A stretch of 64,000 nucleotides of DNA, from the NCBI RefSeq assembly GCF_006345805.1, contig NC_043005.1, positions 57,660,001-57,724,000 of the forward strand, given 5' to 3'. Of the stretch, positions 11,036 through 23,754 are shown piece after piece. Position 1 is the stretch's first letter. The number at the start of each line of letters is the position of its first letter. A model generated the notes under the pieces. That model did no database searches. It had not been told where the DNA came from and saw nothing but the letters and a program-made list of their open reading frames with translations. The position numbers and the translations under genes were made by a program. The stretch comes from Octopus sinensis. Its lineage: Eukaryota.

Positions 11036-11301
11036 TATTTATTTCTTTGTCAAAATATTTCCTTATACGAAATGTTCTATTTTAATTATGGTTAATTGAA
11101 GAACATTAAAAAAACAGAAAAAAATAAATGAAATGAGATCTTTTTTTTTGCTTCATTTTTGCTGTATCACCATTTTTGACTGCGACAGACGATGTCTCGG
11201 CTGATGGTAGCTCCACCCAAGAAAGGTGGCCTGGCTGTGAAACCTCTACCCCCTACACCACAGGACGTACTGGATATATGTCTACGCGAGTGTGTCTGCA
11301 C

Positions 11302-11333
<32 letters not shown>

Positions 11334-11769
11334 TGTATGTATGTATGTATGTATGTATGTATATATATAGAGAGAGAGAGTAAAGAGAAGGAGAGACATA
11401 GAGAGAGCACATGGTGAATTGGGATCCGTGTGCCTGTATATGTGTTTGGGTATGTGTTTGCGTGTGTAATATAACATAATATATATGCGTATGAGTATGC
11501 ATACGCACAAAGGCAAACGCATATCTCATATGTATGTGTATGTGTGGTGTATGTATGTATGCATGTAAACTAATTCAGCATGTGTGCAGTGAAATTCAAT
11601 GGACGGACCTTCCACCAAAATTATAGAAACTTAATATCCTTGCGAAGATCTTATACTGAAGAAACGGGTCGTTAATGAGTTAAGAACAGAAGGAGCAAAG
11701 AGAAGGGTGGAGGAGATCGAGAACTAAGAAGGAGTAACATTAGGAAAGGGAAAGGGGGACGATGACTGC

Positions 11770-11892
11770 GAAAGAGAAGAAGAAGAAGGAGACAAAGAAG
11801 AAGAAGAAGAAGAAGAAGAGAAGAAGAAGAAGAAGAAGAAGAAGAAGAAGAAGAAGAAGAAGAAGAAGAAGAAGAAGAAGAAGAAGAAGAAG

Positions 11893-11922
<30 letters not shown>
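11770..11922. repeat. (GAA)n microsatellite
   Basis: Direct reading. Confidence 0.95.
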
Positions 11923-11923
<1 letters not shown>

Positions 11924-12267
11924 CAACTGGAAAAAATTTGTCATGCAGATTAATTTGAGTAATTTATTATAAACAAAAAGAATAACACTAGCAGCAAGAG
12001 CAACAACAAATCCTTCTCAAATTCGCCATTGTTCGGATATGTATGTGGTGTTGATGAACGAGTGCATAAAAATAAAGGAGAACCCAAACCCTAGAAATGA
12101 TAGATGTATTGATGCTCGAGCTTCCATTTTGATATGTATCACACTTGAACTGGGAGTGGAAGGAATGAGGTGACATTCATCTGAGCGATAAGGCAGGCCA
12201 ACGAAGGAGAGATGTATGTAAAGAATCGTCTTACTAGAAATAGCAGTCATATCTGTCCCAAAGCTCA

Positions 12268-12475
12268 ATTTACCGTCTTAAAAATGCTATGTATGTAATA
12301 TCAGGAATATGATACGTGAGAAAAAAAATGCTAATGTTTCTGGTTTAAGTGCAAGGCTAGCAATTTAGGCTAGCTAAAACTGGGGACATATGTACTTCGC
12401 ATGGTACCCTAACGACTCCGACAGCTCGAGAGTGAACGTTGATAAAATGTCTTTGATCATAGGTCTGCTCCTTCG
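12268..12475 (-). mobile_element. Partial inverted copy of the Helitron-like element at 14721-15415
   Basis: Reverse complement of 14830-14930 and 15072-15172. Confidence 0.7.
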
Positions 12476-12589
12476 CGACTGGCCTGGGGCTAATCAATAG
12501 CAATATGCGATGGTCACCGTAATGTGGCCTTTCGAAAATTTTGGTGGCTGTGTGAATATGAGCTGGAGTCAAGAACAAAGGTAGATTGG

Positions 12590-12915
12590 TAGTCAACATT
12601 AGTGGCGTTGAGGGGACTTGCATGCATGGGAAAGTACTGGTCTTGCATAAAAAAATTTTTTTTTTGAAAATAATCTGATGAAAATTTCAAAAGCTTCAAG
12701 AGGCTGGAAAGCATTTAACAAGATTTTCCTAAAATAGTAAAACAGTTCTTGCCTCAGCTCAATTCTAATGCAGCAGAAATAAACCAAAGGCGTTTCGATC
12801 TTGTGAACATTTCTTCTTTATGACTACGAACGACTGTCGCCGCCGCTGCCGCTACTACTACTACTACTGTTCATTAGTTCTCTATTTAATAAATATGTGT
12901 TGTGCTAGTATAGCT
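12590..12915. repeat. Unclassified dispersed repeat with GCC/ACT triplet tract; second copy at ~16825-17280
   Basis: Clear direct similarity between the two loci, e.g. aaaagcttcaagaggctggaaagcatttaacaagat. Confidence 0.75.
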
Positions 12916-13330
12916 ATTTCTTTACTACCCGCAAGAGGCTACACACAGAAGGGAGAAACAAAGACAAACAAATGGATTAAGTCGATTATATCGACCCTAG
13001 TGCGTAACTGGTACTTATTTAATCGACCCCGAAAGGATGAAAGGCAAATTCTACCTCGACGGAATTTGAACTCAGAACGTAGCGGCAGATGAAATACCTA
13101 TTTATTTACTACCCACAAGGGGCTAAACACAGAGAGGACAATCAATGACAGACAAACGGATTAAGTCGATTATTTCGTTCCCAGTGCGTAACTGGTACTT
13201 ATTTAATCGACCCCGAAAGGATGAAAAGCAAAATCGACCTCGGCGGAATTTGAACTCAGAACGTAGCGGCAGTCGAAATACCGCTAAGCACTTCGGCCAG
13301 CGTGCTGACGTTTCTGCCAGCTCGTCGCCT
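12915..13330 (-). mobile_element. SINE-B head-to-tail partial dimer
   Basis: A full copy runs at ...aaataGGTATTTC (~13091-13100) into a second copy lacking the first ~50 nt. Confidence 0.85.
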
Positions 13331-13941
13331 TGTGTTGTACTAGTATAGTGTACAATGACACCAAGATAATTGGAATGGTGTATCCATGACAATGTGTATT
13401 TTTTCGTGGTGGGACAATTTGAATTTTTGTTGTTGTTCACGCCATCGTCAATGCTGTAGTTGTTGTTTGGCCCCAAATAAAGCAAACACCATATCCAGTC
13501 ATTCTTCAGCTTTGTTTGACCGGTAATTTTAAGACAACGTAGGTTTCTTGGCCAAAGGTATGTAAAGGCAACGTACTGGCAGAATCGTTAGAGCGTCGGA
13601 CAAAATGCCTTCTAGTAGTTTAATTCTTGCCGGGTCAACTTCACCTTTCATCCCATAAAATAAAGTACCAGTCATGTACAAGGAACGATGCTATCAATTA
13701 ACCTCATTCCTTCGAAACTGCTGGTTTTGTGCCTAAATTAGAAACCATTATCTAGTGCAAGAGTAGGGTGGGGTGGGTCGATTGGCAGTGGTGTCGATAC
13801 GTCTACCAAAACGCTTTATTATGGCTCTTTGCGTTCAGAGTTCATCCTTGCAAAAGAACAAGTTCCTTGGAGCTCGTACTCTGATTGGTTTTTGTGAAAG
13901 CACCGCTTGAAGAATTTTTTAGCTGAATGAATCGAATCGAA

Positions 13942-13972
<31 letters not shown>

Positions 13973-13974
13973 TT

Positions 13975-14323
13975 GTTAAGCTTGGTACTTATTCTATCGG
14001 TGTCTTTTGCCGAACCGCTAAGTTACGGGGACATAAACAGACCAAAAGTGGTTATCAAGCGGTAATGGGGGATAAACACAGACACAAAGACACACACACA
14101 TACACACAGACACACTCTCTCTCTCCCTCTCTCTCCCTCACACACACATACGCACACGCATACATATAAATGGTGGGCTTCTTTCAGTTTCCGTCTTCCA
14201 TATCCGACTCTGGTTGGTCCAAGCGTATAATAGAAGACACTTGCCCAAGGTGCCGCAAAGATGGACTGAATCTGAAACCATATGGCAGGGAAGCTCGCCG
14301 CTTACCACACAGCCACGCCTGCA
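13975..14323 (-). mobile_element. SINE-A
   Basis: Degenerate match to the head and body. Confidence 0.75.
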
Positions 14324-14720
14324 AGCAAGCTTTTCTTTAGATTATTCATCTTAGTCACTTTCGGATATTTGGGATAGACCCACTTCTGAAATTTTATTTT
14401 TTCTGATACATCATTTTAATATGGGTTCTACTGGAAGAGCAGGAAGATGCGCCAATAACATATGAAATAGTACTGGATACACAAATCCCCGCTAAAATTA
14501 TACCCTTGTGTTTCTGTAAACGCATGAATTACTAGAGACCCGGACTAAATACGGTGTTTTCTTACGTTTCTTACTGACTGTTATCCAAATTTCTTCCGAG
14601 CCAACTCGTGTTCTTCCATTCTTCTGGGTTTAATAACCATCAATTGGGTGTCATGTCTATTAAACCACCGATTCCTCTTCACAACATCAGAATGTTTCGT
14701 CTTGTGCCATAATTTCGAAA

Positions 14721-15415
14721 TCTATATATATAAAGCTGAAGTTGTCTGTATATGGCAGGTTTGGTAGCCTTCAACTAACACTATCTCCTCCGAGACCCTG
14801 CAGCGCAAGTTGGCCAAAATTGAGAGTATGATAGAAGGAGCAGACCTATGATTAAAGACATTTTATCAACGTTCACTCTCGAGGTGTCAGAGTCGCTAGG
14901 GTACCATGCGAAGTACATATGTCCCCAGTTTTAGGGTTAGGGTTAGTTTTAACACACCGAGCTCCAATCTCGCTTAGGTCAGCTTTGCGTTTCATTCTTT
15001 TGCAGAGTCGAGAAGATCTAATACCAGTCAAGTAAAGAGACCAATATAATCGACTAACCCACTTCCCTCCAAAATTGCTAGCCTTGCACCTAAACCAGAA
15101 ACAATAGTATTTTTTTCTCACGTATCATATTCCTGATATTACATACATAGCATTTTTAAGACGGTAAATTGAAATCGGACCATGTTAACACCATAAATTA
15201 TTTACATCAAAAAGGTGCTTTTTTTCTATGAAAATCCCTATATTTTACGATTTTTTGACTGCTGTGTCGCCATTTTTCGGTGTATTTCAACCAGAAAAAT
15301 GTTCACTTAAAGAAAATAACAAGCTGCATAATGCAAAATTTTTACTTTTCAAAAATTCCAATTCTAAAGGGTCGAAAAGAAAACAAGCCCGAGCAATACT
15401 GGGCTATACTGCTAG
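14721..15415 (+). mobile_element. Non-autonomous Helitron
   Basis: Starts with TC after an A (aaa|TCtatatatataaagc); subterminal hairpin gcccgagcaatactgggc; ends CTAG followed by T. Confidence 0.75.
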
Positions 15416-15839
15416 TACTAAATATTGACAGGCTCAGTGCAACGTCGGGTGAAAATGTGTTGCAATTGCGGTATTTCATTACAACTCCTTTATATTCTAA
15501 TTTCTATCCCGCAGAGAATTCCAACTTTGAGGTCTTTGCTTTTTATCGTTGGGCTGGGATGGGTTTCGATCAATAGAATTATTAGTGAAGTAGTGGGATT
15601 ATGTAAGAAATTATTCTTTTTAGTGCAATGATATATATAATAAAGAAACATATGTAAATCTAACTGTGATTCCCAACGGATCCAGTCCATTGCATTCAAA
15701 TACTAAATAGTCCTAAATTAGCTGCGGTTTGTTTATTCTCAAGCTTATCTTATATCCTAATTCAAGTACAGTTTATTAAGTGGTTCTTCGTGTGGTGTAT
15801 TGGCAATTGTGTAGAATTTTAGGTCATGTGTATATAGTA

Positions 15840-16770
15840 AAGGTGGCGAATTGGCGGATTTATCAGAACATCAGGTCGAATTCCTTGTGGTATTCATTTT
15901 GATTTTAAATGTTCTGAGGATCAACTTTGTTTTCCGTCCTTTCGGGGTCGATAAACAAAGTACTTATTTAAGGTGGTAGATTGGTAGAATTGTAAGGATT
16001 TCGAACCGGTTCTCATTATTCTGAGCTAAATTGCGCCTTGACATCTAACAGGCATCCTCGGTGACCCGCAGCCCCAGCGTGACAAGTGAAACATACTCTC
16101 GAAACTAAAACCAGTAACAAACAATTGATGCTGGGTGAAATTGAGAGAAGAGGTCCTCCAGCTGGAGCAACATGTGCCATGGTGATGTGACGTGATATGT
16201 ATACAATAGATCGGAGAACATTTCGGACATCGGACAAAATCCTTTACAAATTTTTTTCCGGGTTTTGCACCTAAATTACAAATCCTACTGAAATCAACTT
16301 TGCCTTTTATTCTTTCCACAGTTGATAAAATAAAGTACCAGTGAAGTACTAGTCTCGATACAGTTCCCATGAAAGTCTGCCCATGTATCTATGTAAGAAA
16401 TCATATTAAAGGGCGGTAGGGAGTGTTGATAGGGTTGCTGTATTGTCGGAAAAAATTACTTCTGGTGTTTATGCCGGGCTCTTTACCATCTAAATTCAAA
16501 TTCCACCGCAGTCAACTTTGCATTACATCCCTCTGGGATCGATAAAATAAAGCATCATTCCAAAGCGGTGGGTTGGCGGTATTATTAGAGCGTTAAACAA
16601 AGTTCTCTGTGGCTCTTTCCGTTCTGAGTTCAAATTTCACTGAGGTCAACTTTGATCTTTATCTTTCCTGGTTCGATAAATGAAAGTACATGATCAGGCG
16701 TTGGATTGACGAAATTATTAGAGTATTGGATAAAATGCCTAGTGGTATTTGCTCCAGCTCTTTACATTAC
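15840..16770. mobile_element. Cluster of about five degenerate SINE-B fragments
   Basis: Repeated ggcgaattggc/ggtcaactttg/gataaaataaagtacca motifs in both orientations. Confidence 0.65.
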
Positions 16771-17114
16771 GAGTTCGTCTTCGACAAACTGGTACCAAGC
16801 TGTATAAGCCCTTGTCTTTTACAAAGGTCAACATAAGTGGCGTTGAGAGAGAGAGAGGGGACTTGCACGCCTGGGCAAGTACTGGTCTTACATAAAAAAT
16901 TAATTTTTTTGAAAAAGAATCTGGTGAAAATTACAAAAGCTTCAAGAGGCTGGAAAGCATTTAACAAGATCTTTCTAAAATAGTAAACAGTTCTTGTTGC
17001 TGATTAGCCTTAGGTTAATTCTAATGCAGCAGAAATAAACCAAAGGCATTTCGATCTCGTGAACATTTCTTCTGTATGTCTACGAACGACTGCCACCACC
17101 GCCGCCGCCACTGC

Positions 17115-17150
<36 letters not shown>

Positions 17151-17176
17151 CACCGCCGCCGCTGCTGCTGCTGCTG

Positions 17177-17212
<36 letters not shown>

Positions 17213-18238
17213 TCGCTGCTGCTGCTGCTGCTATTCATTAGTTCTTTATTTAATAAATATGTGTTGTGCTAATATAGCGTTGAGTTGGCATCCGATTTAA
17301 GTTATTGCTTTCAAAACTGATCTGAAATAAAGGTTAAAAATATTTTAAAGATACGCATGCGTGCACACACGTCGCACGCCTGCACGCATGCACGCATGCA
17401 CATACACGGAGATATTGATAGTACCTCAAGTATCAAGATTTATTCAGCGAAATATTAAGAATTGAACTTAAACATTTCAAAGAACCAGTAAGTACTATGA
17501 CAACGCTGTGCAAACACAGCTGCCAACTCTATCTTAACCTCTATCCCCATCACGACCACTGCTATAAAATTATACACTTTTGTCTTACTAAAAGAGGAAG
17601 GTCACATTGGATAATGCACTCCGCGATACACTATGCTTGAAAACAATAACCATAAACGAAAAAAATAGTTTATGAATTTGCTTTGCAAGTTTCCTGATGT
17701 GAAATCTCGTGTTGAAACAGATATTGTAATATTTCGGGACGGTCATGTTTTTAAAACACGCTCTATGTATTCGTTCTTCATTCGTTTGTTATTGTTCTAA
17801 TTTTATCGTGTGTGTATTGTCTAGAAATCTTCCGCCACACATCTGTGACCTCTTCAGCGACTCTTCCATCCCACGTGTCTCCTCCTGTTAGAAAAAAATG
17901 GAAATGGAATAATGACAACTGAAAAGTCTGTCTTTTGGATCAGAATTAATCTGGGGATTAAAAGTCCGAGTCATAGGCTTTTAAGACCAGTTTCCAGATT
18001 CTGGGGCGTATATCTATTTCCCACCTCCTCCGCTGGAGAGGATGCTGTAATTCTTACCACCGATATGACCAGGAACGCAATAACACTGAAAATGGTGTCA
18101 TATTTGTAAGAAAATAAACAGCTTTGGAGCCGGGCTTAAGAGCCTCTTAAGTGCTCGTAGCCGGATACTTGTCGACGACTTTTGAAGAAGTGGCAATATT
18201 CTGAAAAGAAGTTGCGTGTATGCATGCATGCATGCATG

Positions 18239-18272
<34 letters not shown>

Positions 18273-18284
18273 TGTATGTATGTA

Positions 18285-19560
18285 TGTCATTATCCAGTTT
18301 ATTTCAAGATTTCTTGCCAATAGAGAAAGAACCGGACTCTAACCTAGATCCAAGGCTCCTTCATTGGAGCTTCAACACCTGCAACAGCGTATTTTTGTTT
18401 GTTTGTTTGTATGTATGTATGTATGAATGTATGTATGTATTTCTCTTTTCCTTTCAATTTTAGAGTAAATTTTGACCGGCCACCTACTTGGTAGCAAGAT
18501 TGTGAAGAGAAGTATCTTCTTTTAACTATCCTCTTTTAAATCTTTAGAAGGTAATGCGGATTTTTATAGTCCCAGACATTGTGATCATCTGTAGCGTACG
18601 GAATAAGGATTTCCCTTCTCTCCCCAAGATTCCAACTTCAGCCATACTCTGCTCCAGACGGGTTGGTATGCATTCTGTTGCCCCAATATTGATGCGTATG
18701 AAGCTGAAAGTGTATCTTGGATACTGGATTTGCAAACTCTTTACCAATGGTCCATGTATGTATGTATCTATGTATGTATGTACGTATGTACGGATGTACG
18801 TATGTACGTACTATGTATGTATGTATGTATGTATGTATGTATGTATGTATGTATGTATGTATGTACGGATGTATGTACGTATGTATGTATGTATGTATGT
18901 ATGTAGTATGTATGTATGTATGTATGTCATTATCCAGTTTATTTCAAGATTTCTTGCCAATAGAGAAAGAACCGGACTCTAACCTAGATCCAAGGCTCCT
19001 TCATTGGAGCTTCAACACCTGCAACAGCGTATTTTTGTTTGTTTGTTTGTATGTATGTATGTATGAATGTATGTATGTATTTCTCTTTTCCTTTCAATTT
19101 TAGAGTAAATTTTGACCGGCCACCTACTTGGTAGCAAGATTGTGAAGAGAAGTATCTTCTTTTAACTATCCTCTTTTAAATCTTTAGAAGGTAATGCGGA
19201 TTTTTATAGTCCCAGACATTGTGATCATCTGTAGCGTACGGAATAAGGATTTCCCTTCTCTCCCCAAGATTCCAACTTCAGCCATACTCTGCTCCAGACG
19301 GGTTGGTATGCATTCTGTTGCCCCAATATTGATGCGTATGAAGCTGAAAGTGTATCTTGGATACTGGATTTGCAAACTCTTTACCAATGGTCCATGTATG
19401 TATGTATCTATGTATGTATGTACGTATGTACGGATGTACGTATGTACGTACTATGTATGTATGTATGTATGTATGTATGTATGTATGTATGTATGTATGT
19501 ATGTATGTATGTATGTACGTATGTATGTATGTATGTATGTATGTATGTATGTATGTATGT
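18285..19560 (-). repeat. 640-bp tandem duplication containing RLE-LINE 3' ends in (ATAC)n
   Basis: Units start at 18285 and 18925; ORFs 18544-18747 and 19184-19387 translate identically; microsatellite interruptions are shared. Confidence 0.9.
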
Positions 19561-19589
19561 ATGTATGTATGTATGTATGTATGTATGTA

Positions 19590-19900
19590 TGTGTGTATGT
19601 AGATTTGTATCTTTTGCTTTATGTATGTATCCTCATGCATATAGTTGCATATCTAGACATGTTCATATATATCTAAATGATTAACTTCTGGAAAATTTTA
19701 CAGATGTTTACAGTTCCAGTGATGGACTGAATCTGTGGTCTTCGAATCAGCTTTCTCCTTTCTGGTTTTGAGAAGCCTAATTTCTAAAGATTGGTGTTTA
19801 GGCGGTGTGTTACATATCCCAGGTCTCCAATAATTACAGGTATAAACGTGAACTTGTAATCTGGGTAGAGTAACTGCAGATTTGTCAACAGTTTAGCATA
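19590..19900 (-). mobile_element. RLE-LINE 3' fragment, (ATAC)n family
   Basis: YAKLLTNLQLLYPDYKFTFIPVIIGDLG..., homologous to 5651-6004. Confidence 0.85.
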
Positions 19901-19989
19901 TGTATGTATTATGTATGTATGTATGTATGCATGTATGAATGTATTAAAGATTTTAAATCAATATTTTATATATTTATGTGCTAATAATA

Positions 19990-20470
19990 AAAAAATAAAA
20001 AAGTTGTCGAAGAATTTCTTTCATAAAAAAATGGCGGATTAATACTTTTTTATAGAAATTTTACAGGAAATATGTGTCTTATATGTAAAGATTAAGTTGC
20101 CGTTTATAAAATATATGATACATATAATGTCACTAAGCTAGTGTAAGGGATACGAAAAACTGTAACGGATTTCGCGTGTTTAAATAAGTTAGCTTTTGAA
20201 AAAAATGTTTTATGTAAACAAACATTTTTCAGAAGACATAACAATAAAAGATATTTGCGTAACACAACTAAGTTTATGAAGTGTGATCTAAACTGCAAAG
20301 AAAGTAAAGTAATTTGTCGAAGAGAACTGTGCAGTTACAATCGAAAATATTTCCATTCCAGAAAATCTCAGATAATTAAAAAACTATGAAATTTTCAAGA
20401 ATGGTGTAAAGTTTCTTTGAAGTTAAAAGCATTCGAGTTTGTGTTTTATTTGATAGCTGTTGACGAAGAA
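19990..20470 (+). pseudogene. Decayed hAT (Charlie/SPIN-like) transposase fragment
   Basis: Broken frames resemble the F.xKW...CLIC..VAVxK and AFE...A(L/V)DE motifs; judged by eye. Confidence 0.4.
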
Positions 20471-20494
20471 TTTCGCTTCTAAACCGTGTACTTA

Positions 20495-20890
20495 CGTGTT
20501 CGGTCTTACAATGCGGTTCCTGGGGCAATTGTGATTTACTATAGACCCGAGTTAACCAAAGTTTTGTGAGTGGATTTGGTAGATGAAAACTGCATGGAAG
20601 CTCGTCGTATACACACACACACACACATGCACATGCACACACGTATGCATGTGTGTGTGTGTGTTGTGTGTGTGTGTGTGTGTGTGTGCGTATGTGTTTA
20701 CGCCTTTGTGTTTGTCTCTCACCGCTTGCCAATCAAGGCTCATTTCTTATTTCTTTACATTCTAGTGACTTAGCGGTTCAACTCAAAAAGAGATCTGATA
20801 ATATATACATTGGGGGCAATCTGTTCGACTAAACCCGTCAAAGTAATGCTGAGCAGAGCCGCAGTCCAATGACAGAAGCAATCAAATAAA
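20495..20890 (+). mobile_element. SINE-A, degenerate
   Basis: gtgagtggatttggtagatgaaaactg, gacttagcggttc and gccgcagtc..tgac motifs. Confidence 0.65.
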
Positions 20891-21088
20891 TAAATAAATA
20901 AATAAATAAATACAAAGACGTATCTTATTTACTTTTTTCATCGGTTTCGTCTCAAATCTGTGACCATGCTGGGCCACTACCGATAATCCTTCGGGATCGA
21001 TGAAATAAGGCCAACTGTGCACGAGTGTCCATGTAATCGACTAGCCACCTCCTTTTAAACGTTAGACATTGTGCCTATAATAGAAACC

Positions 21089-21137
<49 letters not shown>

Positions 21138-21402
21138 TGTTTCAAAATATTTCTATTTAGAAATCAGACATTGAAAATTTCATCGTTGGTTTCCACCGCT
21201 TTCTAATGGAGGCATTTAAAAAATTTTTCTTTTGATGTTTTTTGTTAACATTAAATTTAGCCAAGAACCACTCAGCTACTAATCTAACGATACGGCAAAT
21301 GCCTATAGGAAACAAGCTAACTATTTCCGCAACGTTAATCCCATTTGATATCGGTAATACTTCCAAAGCAAAGTAAAGAAAAATCAGCCTTCTCAGGTTT
21401 TC

Positions 21403-21441
<39 letters not shown>

Positions 21442-21659
21442 TTGTATGTGCGCGCGCGCGTATATGTGTGGGTATGGTGGAACCAGCCCTTAACTACTGA
21501 TAGAACCACAAGTGGCACCGTCAATTATGCAGGGTGTTTTGGGTCTGTTAATTTGGCGATCATCTCTCTTTCTCTCTCTCTCTCACACACACAATCTCCC
21601 TCTCTCTCTCTCTCTCTCTCTCAATCTCCCTCTCACTCCCTCGAGGTCTAACTGCAACT

Positions 21660-22140
21660 GAATTCTACAGAAAAGAAATTGTGAGAGTGGGAGAGATAAA
21701 ATGATACCGAGAGAGAAAGAGGAAGAGGAAGAGAGAAAAAGAGGGAGAGAAAGAAATAAAGGGAGAGAGAAAAGAAAGAGAGAAAGAGAGAAAAGAGGGA
21801 GAGAGAGAAGAGGGAGAGAGAGAAATAAAGGGAGAGAGAAAAGAAAGAGAAAGAGAGAGAGAGAAGAGGGAGAGAGAGAAAAAAAGAGGGCGAGAGAGAA
21901 AAGAAAGCGGACGGGAGAAATAAGGAGAGAGAAAGAAACAAGGAAAGAGAGAAAAAGAGGGAGAAAGAGATAAAAGACGGATAGAGAGAAAGAGAGGGGG
22001 AAAGAGGAGAGAAGGGAAAGGGAGAGAAAGAGTGAGAGAGAGAGAGAGAAAAAGAGGGGGAGAGAGAAAGAGAGGAAAGGCAGAAAAGAGAGAGATAGAG
22101 GAGGGAGGGGGGAAGAGAGAGAGAGAGAGAGAGAGAGAAC
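21660..22140. repeat. GA-rich low-complexity tract with an internal repeated motif
   Basis: gagagaaagaaataaagggagagagaaaagaaagag recurs. Confidence 0.85.
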
Positions 22141-22287
22141 AGAAGAATTTACTCCGATACTTGACCTGTACTTTATGTACTGACTTCGGAAGAATGGACG
22201 ATAAAGTAGCCCATGGGGTCACTTGAAGCCAGAGCACGGACAGCTTTCATGAAATAACCGCAAAACAGTCTGTCTGACCTTCTAACA

Positions 22288-22630
22288 CAGTGGTTGTGAA
22301 CTAGGGTCCATATGGCCTTCAGGACTGGGTCCATATAAGATTTTGCTGTTAAAAATTTACGCGCAGTAAATTGGTTATACTTCTACAAGGCACAAAATAT
22401 TTAAAATGTTTTATTATAAAATTCCCAATAATAATAGGCGTAGAAGTGGCTGTGTGGTAAGTAGCTTACTTACGAACCACATGGTTCCAGGTTCAGTCCC
22501 ACTGCGTGGCACCTTGGGCAAGTGTCTTCTACAATAGCCTCGGGCCGACCCAAGCTTTGTGAGTGGATTTGGTAGGCGGAATCTGAAAGAAACCCGTCGT
22601 ATATATGTATATATATACGACGGGTTTCTT

Positions 22631-22681
<51 letters not shown>

Positions 22682-23033
22682 TTGTGTGTCTGTGTTTGTC
22701 CACCCTCCCCCCAAACATCACTTTGACAACCGATGCTGGTGTGTCTACGTCTCCGTAACTTATCAGTTCGGCAAAAGAGACCGATAGAATAAGTACTAGG
22801 CTTACAAAGAATAAGTCCTGGGGTCGATTTGCTCGACTAAAGGCGGTGCTCCAGCATGGCCACAGTCACATGACTGAAACAAGTAAAAGAGTAAAAAGCG
22901 AGTAAAGAGTATAATATTTAATTATAAAAATGCAGTAAATTTTTTTTATATGCTGCAAATGGCCGTGGAAGTCCTGTTAGAATAAAATAAGAATCAAAGG
23001 GGCCCGAAAGCAAAATATGGTTGAGAACCACTG
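22288..23033. mobile_element. hAT-type MITE interrupted by SINE-A (22436-22892, +)
   Basis: cagtggttgtgaac ... ggttgagaaccactg termini; TSD not clear; the SINE-A inside is unambiguous. Confidence 0.55.
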
Positions 23034-23275
23034 ATCTTATGACTTTCTCAAAAGAACTCATTAAGACGCAATGTAGGAACTTACATTGAATCTAAGATAT
23101 GCTGTTTGTGGCATTTGTATTTTTGGTGCTTAAACCATTATAACTATTGAATTAATGAATTGCTTTCAATAACGCTTTAATTAACGTGCATGCCCACAAA
23201 TTTGTATAATTAACATTTCGTTATTTGTCTACCACAAGTTCTTATACTTGTAATTGGTTGATGAAACACCCTCCA

Positions 23276-23697
23276 CTCTTTACTCTTTACTCTTTTACTC
23301 TTTTACTTGTTTCAGTCATTTGACTGCGGCCATGCTGGAGCACCGCCTTTAGTCGAGCAAATCGACCCCGGGACTTATTCTTTGCAAGCCCAGTACTTAT
23401 TCTATCGGTCTCTTTTGCCGAACCGCTAAGTGACGGGGATGTAAACACACCAGCATCGGTTGTCAAGCAATGCTAGGGGGACAAACACAGACACACTAAC
23501 ATATACACACACACACTTATATATATATACATATATACGACAGGCTTCTTTCAGTTTCCGTCCACCAAATCCACTCACAAGGCATTGGTCGGCCCGGGGC
23601 TATAGCAGAAGACACTTGCCCAAGATGCCACGCAGTGGAACTGAACTCGGAACCATGTGGCTGGTTAGCAAGCTACTTACCACACAGCCACTCCTGC
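23276..23697 (-). mobile_element. SINE-A
   Basis: Near-consensus full copy. Confidence 0.9.
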
Positions 23698-23754
23698 GGA
23701 ATCTTTCTATTATAGTCACAAGGTCAGGAACTTGGGGAAAGGAATTAATCGATT

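Noticed and set aside
14928-14946. Telomeric TTAGGG repeat
   Set aside because: Only about two units, inside a Helitron-like repeat.
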